Shown piece after piece: positions 1-6,961 of a DNA stretch of 64,000 nucleotides. A program made the translations under genes and the position numbers. The first letter of the stretch is position 1; every line of letters begins with the position of its first letter. The DNA is from a virus: the IMG/VR virus record IMGVR_UViG_3300045988_167643. One strand, 5' to 3'. Below the pieces are notes generated by a model that worked only from the letters and a program-made list of their open reading frames with translations, did not search any database and was not told where the DNA came from.

Positions 1-10
1 CGTAAGGCAG

Positions 11-235
11 GTGGTGATAAATATGGCTATATTTTGTAGACATCCAAAAAGTGTAATTGTCGCAAAATCTAACGTAATTCAGTTTGATCAAAGTGGATTT
101 CCTATGAGACTGGAGACTATGGAGTGTTTGGTTTGCGGCAAAAGATATTATGCTTGGAATTATATTAAGAAAAGTGAACTTGATGAACTGAGCACAGGAA
201 AATCTGTGCTCTGTAAATGGGAGAACGTGGAATAA
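11..235 (+). CDS. hypothetical protein (CxxC-containing)
   Basis: ORF-track ORF, 74 aa, first ATG at 23; no domain recognised. Confidence 0.4.
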   Translation: MVINMAIFCRHPKSVIVAKSNVIQFDQSGFPMRLETMECLVCGKRYYAWNYIKKSELDELSTGKSVLCKWENVE

Positions 236-249
236 TTTGAGGTGATTTT

Positions 250-660
250 ATGATTATTATATGTCTATTGATTATTATATTATGTACAACATTTACACTT
301 CTGGGAACTATAGATGATATAAGTAGTAAATGGATATTCTCTATTTGTGTTATTGGATTTGCCATATCAATTGTAGGAATGATTATTTGTGTACCTGATA
401 TGATAATTACACATTGTAATACAAATAAAAAAATTTATACAAAACAACTTGAATATGAATCACTTGTAAAACAATGTCAGACTGTTTCAAGTAATTATGA
501 GGACGTTTCAAAGGCAAACGTAATCCAAAAAGTATACGAATGGAACGTAGAAGTATATGATGAAAAATATTGGGGAAATAACATTTGGACAAATTGGTTT
601 TTTAACAAAAAGGTCGTAGATTCATTAGAATATATTAATTTGGAAGATTATGGATTATAA
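250..660 (+). CDS. hypothetical membrane protein
   Basis: 136 aa; two N-terminal hydrophobic segments (IIICLLIIILC, FSICVIGFAISIVGMIICV). Confidence 0.55.
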   Translation: MIIICLLIIILCTTFTLLGTIDDISSKWIFSICVIGFAISIVGMIICVPDMIITHCNTNKKIYTKQLEYESLVKQCQTVSSNYEDVSKANVIQKVYEWNVEVYDEKYWGNNIWTNWFFNKKVVDSLEYINLEDYGL

Positions 661-677
661 GATAAAAGGAGAATTTT

Positions 678-1475
678 ATGGGTAAATTTAAAATTGGAGA
701 CAAAGTTATTGTAGCTGCACATAAAGACGAGATGGAATGTCCATACGTTTTGGGAATAAAAGATCCTTTTAATTTGACTGGAATAATATGTAGTATACAT
801 TCTACTTATGGGGACGGAAGTACATCTTATGGAGTTAAATTTGAAAAAAATATTGGTGGGCATGACTGTGCTGGAAATTGTAAATTTGGTTATGGACAGT
901 ATATAAATGAAAAATATTTAAAATTATACGATGAAAAGAAAAGTGAGGATAAAACTATGCAGAAAGAGAAACATGAAAAGAAACCACTGGAGCAGCAGAT
1001 TAAAGAGAAATACGAAAGTAAGAGAAATGTATTAAATGCAAGAATTGGATTTACATGTGGATGCGAACAAACTTTAGTTCCTAAAAAAGTTTATCACGAT
1101 CCAATAACAAGTACAATTGTAATTGATTTTGGAGATGTTGTTGGAAAAATTAAAGCAAAACCAATTGCTAATGATAAGTATGATCCAAGTGTAGCATTCA
1201 ATATTATTGCTGCCAAGGCAATTTATAAAAGATTTAGTTTTCCGTTTGAGTCTGATATGAGTTCTTTTGAAGCAAAAATAACTGCAAAATATTTATTACA
1301 TAAAAATGCCGGTATTGCACTTGATAAATACATTAAGTATCTTAAAAATATGGTGCAGACATTTTTACAGGAGGATGCAGAATTAGAAAAGGCAGAACAG
1401 ATTCGTAAAAATCAGAAAGCTAAAAACAAAATTCGAAAAGAAAGACAGAAACAGAAAAGACAGAATAGAAAATGA
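678..1475 (+). CDS. hypothetical protein, Lys-rich C-terminus
   Basis: 265-aa ORF with AAAGGAG upstream; followed by a terminator. Confidence 0.6.
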   Translation: MGKFKIGDKVIVAAHKDEMECPYVLGIKDPFNLTGIICSIHSTYGDGSTSYGVKFEKNIGGHDCAGNCKFGYGQYINEKYLKLYDEKKSEDKTMQKEKHEKKPLEQQIKEKYESKRNVLNARIGFTCGCEQTLVPKKVYHDPITSTIVIDFGDVVGKIKAKPIANDKYDPSVAFNIIAAKAIYKRFSFPFESDMSSFEAKITAKYLLHKNAGIALDKYIKYLKNMVQTFLQEDAELEKAEQIRKNQKAKNKIRKERQKQKRQNRK

Positions 1476-1503
1476 GATTAAATTAAATATTAAATAAGAA
1501 GAG

Positions 1504-1539
1504 TAGAGTGTCAGGTAATAAACTTGGCACTCTATTTTT
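1504..1539 (+). terminator. rho-independent terminator
   Basis: TAGAGTGTCAG / CTTGGCACTCTA stem (about 10 bp) followed by TTTTT, 29 nt after the stop at 1475. Confidence 0.7.
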
Positions 1540-1560
1540 ATATAAGGTAGGTGAGAATAT

Positions 1561-2301
1561 GTGAGTTGCTTAATTAGATGTGGTGAACAGTATGTTCATT
1601 TTGATAGAAAAAGCAAAATAAAACTTGGTCCTAAAATATGTGCAAAAACTTTTGAAGAACAAAAAGCAAAAAATCTCATTAAAAATCCTCCAAACAACCT
1701 AAAGAAATATAAGTTTGAAATTGAGCCATTATTTGAAGGAAAAACAGAATGTGAGATTAAGCAAGAGCAAATACTTCAAAGAGCTGCAGAACATGCAAAG
1801 AAAACTGGATGTTATACAGAGTTGAAAGAAAATCTGATCGTAGAAGCGAAACCTGAAGTAAAACAAGAGGAAAAAATTGAGAATAAGTCAACTATTAAAG
1901 AAGAAGATCATAACAACAACATAGATAATTGGCTTAAAAAGTTACATAGCTGTAATGAAATTAAAGAGGAAGCAAGAGAGCGAATGGAATATCTCTATAA
2001 GAAACTAAGCCTAATAGATCAGGCACAGGATGTTTTCTTGCATGTTATTGAAAGTAATGAGCATCCAAATGCATCTATGGCATATAAGGAGAGAATGAAA
2101 TTATCTGAGATAAGGAGAAAAAGAAGGCAAATTAAAAATGAGTTAGCCGTTGTACAAATGATCATATCTCATAATATATCCTCTAAATTATATGAACGAA
2201 TGGTTGCAGTGTCAGAAAGTATACAAAATCCTCAGAATATTAATATTAAATATACGAATGAGTTAACAGATGACTTATTGAATCAATTTGAAAGGATGTG
2301 A
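1561..2301 (+). CDS. hypothetical protein
   Basis: 246-aa ORF with GTG start after AGGTAGGTGAG; no domain recognised. Confidence 0.5.
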   Translation: MSCLIRCGEQYVHFDRKSKIKLGPKICAKTFEEQKAKNLIKNPPNNLKKYKFEIEPLFEGKTECEIKQEQILQRAAEHAKKTGCYTELKENLIVEAKPEVKQEEKIENKSTIKEEDHNNNIDNWLKKLHSCNEIKEEARERMEYLYKKLSLIDQAQDVFLHVIESNEHPNASMAYKERMKLSEIRRKRRQIKNELAVVQMIISHNISSKLYERMVAVSESIQNPQNINIKYTNELTDDLLNQFERM

Positions 2302-2956
2302 CGTATTGAGCAGGAAATTTAAAATTATCCGAAACTATTGGGAAGAAGATCAAATATTATACCGGAAGGCAAATATAGAAATTGATCCTGGATTAACAGT
2401 CCTGGTTGGATGTAATGGATCTGGTAAAACAACATTGATCAATCAATTAAAAAGGCTATTAGACAAGGAAAAAATTACATATACAAGTTTTGATAATCTT
2501 TTTGATGGTGGAGAAAACGCGCGAAGCTGGGCTGGTTATACAGGAGATTTTTCATTTTTAGCTGCTGCAGTAATGTCAAGTGAAGGTGAAAATATTCTAA
2601 TGAATATTGGAAACTATGCTGCAAAAATTGGTAAAGCGGTAACAAGTGTATTAACAAAAGAAAATAAAGAGTTATGGGCTTTCTTTGATGCAGCAGATAG
2701 TGGATTGAGCATTGATGGTATAAAAGAAATTAAGAATAAACTGTTTTCAATAATAGAAAAAGATTGTAAGACAAAGGGAATTGAACTTTATATTGTGGTT
2801 TCAACAAATGCTTATGAATTTACAAATGGAGAGCAGTGTTTTGATGTCTATAACTGCAAGTACAGAACATTTGAAAACTACGATGAATACTCAAAATTCA
2901 TTTGTAAATCAAGGGAAATTAAAGATAAAAGATATGGTGTAAAGAAAGGAGAATGA
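2288..2956 (+). CDS. P-loop ATPase (ABC/AAA_21-like)
   Basis: Walker A VLVGCNGSGKTTLINQLK; Walker B-like LWAFFDAADSGLS; start uncertain. Confidence 0.55.
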   Translation: MKGCDVLSRKFKIIRNYWEEDQILYRKANIEIDPGLTVLVGCNGSGKTTLINQLKRLLDKEKITYTSFDNLFDGGENARSWAGYTGDFSFLAAAVMSSEGENILMNIGNYAAKIGKAVTSVLTKENKELWAFFDAADSGLSIDGIKEIKNKLFSIIEKDCKTKGIELYIVVSTNAYEFTNGEQCFDVYNCKYRTFENYDEYSKFICKSREIKDKRYGVKKGE

Positions 2957-3255
2957 TTATGTTTGTTAGAACACAAGAGGGAGATAAAATTATCAACCTA
3001 AATAACGTAACAAATGTTCATTTTGGAAGAATAATTGATAACGGAAAACAGAAATATATATTGTACTTTGATAATTTTTCTGTGGGTGTATTCAAAAAGC
3101 AGGAAGATGTTGAAAAAATTCTCATGATTCTTGAAAGAAAAATTGGTGAAAGCTGCAGTGCACAAATTGTAGATGGCGATGGAGACGAACCACCTAAGAT
3201 TATTTACTATACAGATAGAGTATTCAAGATTCCAGGCGAGGATGAAATTGCATGA
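2953..3255 (+). CDS. hypothetical protein (distant paralogue of 30387-30734)
   Basis: 100 aa; ATGA overlap with upstream gene; N-terminal pattern shared with 30387 ORF. Confidence 0.55.
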   Translation: MIMFVRTQEGDKIINLNNVTNVHFGRIIDNGKQKYILYFDNFSVGVFKKQEDVEKILMILERKIGESCSAQIVDGDGDEPPKIIYYTDRVFKIPGEDEIA

Positions 3256-3416
3256 GAAAGAATAGAGCAATTGTATACATAATGATGTGGATCTGCTGCA
3301 GTATTGTTACCGCAATATCTATAGCAGCTACAAAGCAATATTGTTGTTTAAACACGATGGTAGTACCGTTGGCATTTATATTAATGGATTATATGTTTTT
3401 TGGAGGTGGAAAATGA
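3252..3416 (+). CDS. small membrane protein (54 aa)
   Basis: Below the track cutoff; ATG overlaps stop of 2953-3255 (ATGA). Hydrophobic (IVYIMMWICCSIVTAISIAA, MVVPLAFILMDYMFF). Own translation shows no internal stop. Confidence 0.35.
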   Translation: MRKNRAIVYIMMWICCSIVTAISIAATKQYCCLNTMVVPLAFILMDYMFFGGGK

Positions 3417-3565
3417 GATCTATAGCATGTGCAATTATTAGTTTTGTTATTTTCTATATGGAAAATAATGTAAAAAGTACAGAAATAAAACTTAGGGCGA
3501 TTTATTTAATTACATCTCATATATTTTTGATTGCTGCAATTATCTTAATGATGTTGGGGAGGTAG
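3413..3565 (+). CDS. small membrane protein (50 aa)
   Basis: Internal ATG of track ORF 3287-3565, preceded by GGAGGTGGA and overlapping the previous stop; hydrophobic. Confidence 0.4.
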   Translation: MRSIACAIISFVIFYMENNVKSTEIKLRAIYLITSHIFLIAAIILMMLGR

Positions 3566-3570
3566 AAAAG

Positions 3571-3783
3571 ATGAGATTGATTAGTTCTAAGGAAATTTGG
3601 TACGAAGAAGAATGTGTTGAATATGAAAATGAAGAAGAGTATAAGTCGGATCTTGATAAGCGAAAACATGAATATTGGATGCAGATGAAAATACCTGATT
3701 TTGAGAATGGAAAGATGAAACTACTTCAAAAAAAGACAAACAAAGGATTTTGTCAATTTTATAGAAAATATCATAGAATGTAA
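3571..3783 (+). CDS. hypothetical protein
   Basis: 70-aa ORF in the co-directional array. Confidence 0.5.
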   Translation: MRLISSKEIWYEEECVEYENEEEYKSDLDKRKHEYWMQMKIPDFENGKMKLLQKKTNKGFCQFYRKYHRM

Positions 3784-3797
3784 ATCGGAGATAGAAA

Positions 3798-4364
3798 ATG
3801 AGAGATCCAAAGAGAATTGATAAATTTTGTGATGAATTTAAAAGCATATGGAAAGGAAATGTTCCTGATTGGAGATTTGGACAGCTGATAGGTAATTTTG
3901 AATACTGGCTCAAAGGCAAAGGAATTGATATGTTCTTTCCGGAAGAAAAAGAAATGCTTAGATTATTTAAAGAATTTCTTGGCGTAAATGATACAGGAAA
4001 TGAAAAAAAGATATGGGACGAAATGATGTTTTGTTCGCCACTTGATTTCAAAGATCTTGATGGAAATAAATATGACCAATGGCCAGAGGGTGTCATTTAT
4101 ACTCCTGGAATAAAATTAACTGGAATATTAAAAAAGAAAGCGAGAACAGGTTATTGTGGAGTGACTACAAAAGATGCAAAAAAGATAATTGACAATATAT
4201 CTGATAAGCGAAAACAAAATGTAAAAGTTGTTATTGGAAATAGAGCAGAAGTCTGTGATGCAATTTTATATATTATCAAATCTAATTACGGATTAATTGT
4301 ATCTGTCGATGATGCTGAAGAAATTAAATTCTGTGAAGAACTTTTTGAAAAGGCAACAACTTAA
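3798..4364 (+). CDS. hypothetical protein
   Basis: 188-aa ORF; no domain recognised. Confidence 0.6.
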   Translation: MRDPKRIDKFCDEFKSIWKGNVPDWRFGQLIGNFEYWLKGKGIDMFFPEEKEMLRLFKEFLGVNDTGNEKKIWDEMMFCSPLDFKDLDGNKYDQWPEGVIYTPGIKLTGILKKKARTGYCGVTTKDAKKIIDNISDKRKQNVKVVIGNRAEVCDAILYIIKSNYGLIVSVDDAEEIKFCEELFEKATT

Positions 4365-4410
4365 AATTGGAGTTTTATCGGAAAATAATTTTATAAAAGG
4401 AGAATGGTAA

Positions 4411-4575
4411 ATGAGTAATTTAGTTGTTAAAAAATATGATTGCCAAAAATGTGTAAAAGATAATGGTTGTGTATATAAGAAACGTTATGACAAATTCAAA
4501 AGTAATGTAGAAGGGCGTGAATATGGAAAGACGATAATATTGAAAATAAGTTGTCCATTTTATAAAGAAGTATAA
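4411..4575 (+). CDS. small Cys-rich protein (54 aa)
   Basis: Below track cutoff; AAAGGAGAA RBS; CQKC...C...C pattern; lies just upstream of the CRISPR array. Confidence 0.45.
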   Translation: MSNLVVKKYDCQKCVKDNGCVYKKRYDKFKSNVEGREYGKTIILKISCPFYKEV

Positions 4576-4669
4576 GTTGAATTTCTGGAATAAGTGATAA
4601 TGAAAAATGGAAGTAGTAATTGTGAGGTGATGATAGATATGATTGATCGAGATTTAAATAAAAACGTTG

Positions 4670-4968
4670 TTTATTACAAAATGTAAATTAATAGGTATAC
4701 AAAACCAATTACCAGATTATCATAAATACCTACTGTTTTGTAACCATGTAAATTAAGAGGTATACAAAACCAGATCCCCTTACACGACTGACACGGCGTT
4801 GTTTTGTAGTCATGTAAATTAAGAGGTATACAAAAATATGGATGGACGATCACAAGTCCTACAGAAGTTTTGTAACCATGTAAATTAAGAGGTATACAAA
4901 ACCAAACGAAAAACTCAAAGTTGATACCAAATGTTTTGTAACCATATAAATTAAGAGGCATACAAAAC
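4670..4968. CRISPR. CRISPR mini-array, 5 repeats / 4 spacers
   Basis: 36-nt repeats at 4670-4705, 4735-4770, 4801-4836, 4867-4902 and 4933-4968. Consensus is GTTTTGTAACCATGTAAATTAAGAGGTATACAAAAC. Copies 2 and 4 are identical; copy 3 has 3 changes, copy 5 has 2, and copy 1 is degenerate in its first 11 nt. Unique spacers are 29, 30, 30 and 30 nt. Confidence 0.9.
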
Positions 4969-5212
4969 CTCAAAGTATAGTTTTATACCTCTTATTTTAA
5001 GGCACTTCTATGAAATAGACTAAGAGAAATCTACGTTATAAAAAGATAATATGTTATGGTGTCGCTCTAGCTGTAATTATATCGTTTGTACCTAAACATA
5101 CACTGTGCCGAACATGATTGGTGTAAGTGATACAAACATGTAACTTTTTATAACATTGTCGAAGAGCATGACCAATTTTAAATTGAGATTATATTATAAA
5201 GGAAATAAAAAT
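4969..5212 (+). ncRNA. putative tracrRNA / omega-RNA-like scaffold with anti-repeat
   Basis: ORF-free interval between the last repeat and the iscB-like start. 4980-5002 (GTTTTATACCTCTTATTTTAAGG) is complementary to the 3' two-thirds of the + strand repeat. Position and length match omega-RNA/tracrRNA loci. Ends and strand are not determined. Confidence 0.5.
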
Positions 5213-6952
5213 ATGAATTATATGGATTTTGTATTAATTGTGGATAAAAATAGTAAACCATGTATACCAATAAAAAATGGTAAAGCAGGTTATTTATTAA
5301 GAGAACATAAAGCAGAAATTATAAATCACGAGCCATTAGTTATCAAAAGAACTGATGATTATAATTCGGATTTAGAAAATAGAGATATATTTGAATTAAA
5401 AGTAGATAGTGGATATTTAAATATCGGATTTTCTGTAAGCGATAATGAGCATGAATATATTGCAGGTCAAGTTGAAATGCTAAACGGAATGAGTAATAGA
5501 TTGTTAGAAAGAAAATCTATGCGTAGTTTCAGAAGAAATCGTTTACGTTATAGAAAAAATAAGAACATTGATTATAAAACAGTACATAATCCTACTTATA
5601 AAAATGGAAATGAAGATGGATGGTTTGCACCGTCTATTGTACATAAAATGGAAACGCATATCAGAATCATTGAGCAATTAAAACAATGGGTTCCAATCGA
5701 TAAAGTTATTGTAGAGGTGGCAAATTTTGACATTGCTGCAATGGATGCATATTTAAAGGACGGAACTATTTTAAATGGAAAAGATTATCAAAATGGTGAA
5801 ATGAAAGGATATGAGAATGTTGTATCTTATGTAAGAGCCAGAGATAATTATTCTTGTTACTTTTGCAATAAGAAAAAGAAAAAAGATGGTACACTAAAAG
5901 AGAAACCAAAAAGAATAGAAGTGCACCATAAAATACCAAGATCCTGGGGTGGTACTAATAATCCAGGAAATTTGATTTGCGTATGTCAAGGATGTCATCA
6001 GAAAATACATTCGAATAATAATAACAACAAATATTTTAAAGAATTATTAGAACAAGCTTTACAAGAAAATACATTTAAAGATTCTACATATATGAATATT
6101 GTTAGATGGGAATTATTAAACAGACTTACTGAAAAATATCCAGAGCTTGATATTGAAGCTGAATATGGTTATAACACAAAAATTAATAGAAAAGAAGCAG
6201 GTTTGAGAAAATTCCATTATAATGATGCAGTTTGTATAAAAGAATTTAAGAATATAACTTTATCTAAAAAAGTATTTATTGTCGAACAAAAACGTTGTAA
6301 TGATAGAAAAATGGAAAGTTTTGCAGATGCAAAATATATAGATTCAAGAGATGGTAAAAAGAAAAAAGGAAATGATCTAAAAGTAATTAGGCATAGTACT
6401 AAATCAAAACGCTCTACAAATAAAGAACATATTGATAATGAAAGAATCTTTAGAAAAGAGAAAGTATCTAAGGGTAAAATACAATTTGAGTGTCATTCAT
6501 ATTGCGTAAAACCAGGAGATTTAATATACATAAAAGAAGGTAAACATAAAGGGAAAATTGCAGAAGTTTCTACAATACAGATTGTAGGCGAAAAAATTCC
6601 TAATCCGATAATTGATATTAATGAGATAAATAATAAAAAAATTGATTTCAACAGAGAGTTGAAAAAAAGAAAAACAACTTCTAATATGACTGATTATCAA
6701 AAACGTTTTGCAAAATATCAAATTAGATTTACATATAAAGAATCTGATGCAGATGGACCATCTATAACGCTTACGCAAAAAGAATATGAAAAGCTTAAAG
6801 AGAATAAATCAGATAGAGTAAAAATTATTCGTACCAGACGTGGATTAGTTTGGAGAGAGTACGACAGACTTACATATGAAGCCGAAAATATGGATCAGGA
6901 AGAAAAGAAATTAGAAGTAAAAAATAAGAAACAAGAATTAAAAGCTGCATAA
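5213..6952 (+). CDS. iscB: IscB-type RNA-guided nuclease (PLMP-RuvC-bridge helix-HNH-RuvC, no REC lobe), CRISPR-associated
   Basis: 579 aa from ATG 5213 (track ORF opens at TTG 5156). Motifs: PLMP-like DFVLIVDKNSKPCIPIKNGKAGYLL; RuvC-I LKVDSGYLNIGF; bridge helix RSFRRNRLRYRKNK; RuvC-II VIVEVANFD; HNH CYFCNKK...EVHHKIPRSWGGTNNPGNLICVCQGCHQKIH; RuvC-III KFHYNDAVCI. Confidence 0.8.
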   Translation: MNYMDFVLIVDKNSKPCIPIKNGKAGYLLREHKAEIINHEPLVIKRTDDYNSDLENRDIFELKVDSGYLNIGFSVSDNEHEYIAGQVEMLNGMSNRLLERKSMRSFRRNRLRYRKNKNIDYKTVHNPTYKNGNEDGWFAPSIVHKMETHIRIIEQLKQWVPIDKVIVEVANFDIAAMDAYLKDGTILNGKDYQNGEMKGYENVVSYVRARDNYSCYFCNKKKKKDGTLKEKPKRIEVHHKIPRSWGGTNNPGNLICVCQGCHQKIHSNNNNNKYFKELLEQALQENTFKDSTYMNIVRWELLNRLTEKYPELDIEAEYGYNTKINRKEAGLRKFHYNDAVCIKEFKNITLSKKVFIVEQKRCNDRKMESFADAKYIDSRDGKKKKGNDLKVIRHSTKSKRSTNKEHIDNERIFRKEKVSKGKIQFECHSYCVKPGDLIYIKEGKHKGKIAEVSTIQIVGEKIPNPIIDINEINNKKIDFNRELKKRKTTSNMTDYQKRFAKYQIRFTYKESDADGPSITLTQKEYEKLKENKSDRVKIIRTRRGLVWREYDRLTYEAENMDQEEKKLEVKNKKQELKAA

Positions 6953-6961
6953 AAAAAGGAG

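Noticed and set aside
3287-3565. Track ORF of 92 aa
   Set aside because: The N-terminal half has no RBS and overlaps a better-supported 54-aa ORF (3252-3416) that is start/stop-coupled to the upstream gene. It was replaced by two coupled small membrane ORFs, although this remains uncertain.
3587-4096. Long minus-strand ORFs nested antisense to + strand genes (also 42284-42625, 43457-43774, 45591-45899, 46406-46882, 24077-24517, 14201-14551 and others)
   Set aside because: Each is fully overlapped by a + strand gene with domain support or coupling to its neighbours. Their translations are low-complexity (Ser/Phe/Ile/Leu-rich), as expected for antisense frames of AT-rich coding DNA.
4674-4973. 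99-aa minus-strand ORF from the track, covering the repeat region
   Set aside because: Its protein is a periodic repetition (FCIPLNLHGYKT...) produced by translating the CRISPR repeats. It is an artefact of the array, not a gene.
5156-5212. TTG start at 5156 for the IscB-like ORF
   Set aside because: It adds 19 residues (MSKSMTNFKLRLYYKGNKN) with no RBS. ATG 5213 places the PLMP-like motif at the very N-terminus, as in IscB, and leaves the upstream sequence for the guide-RNA scaffold.
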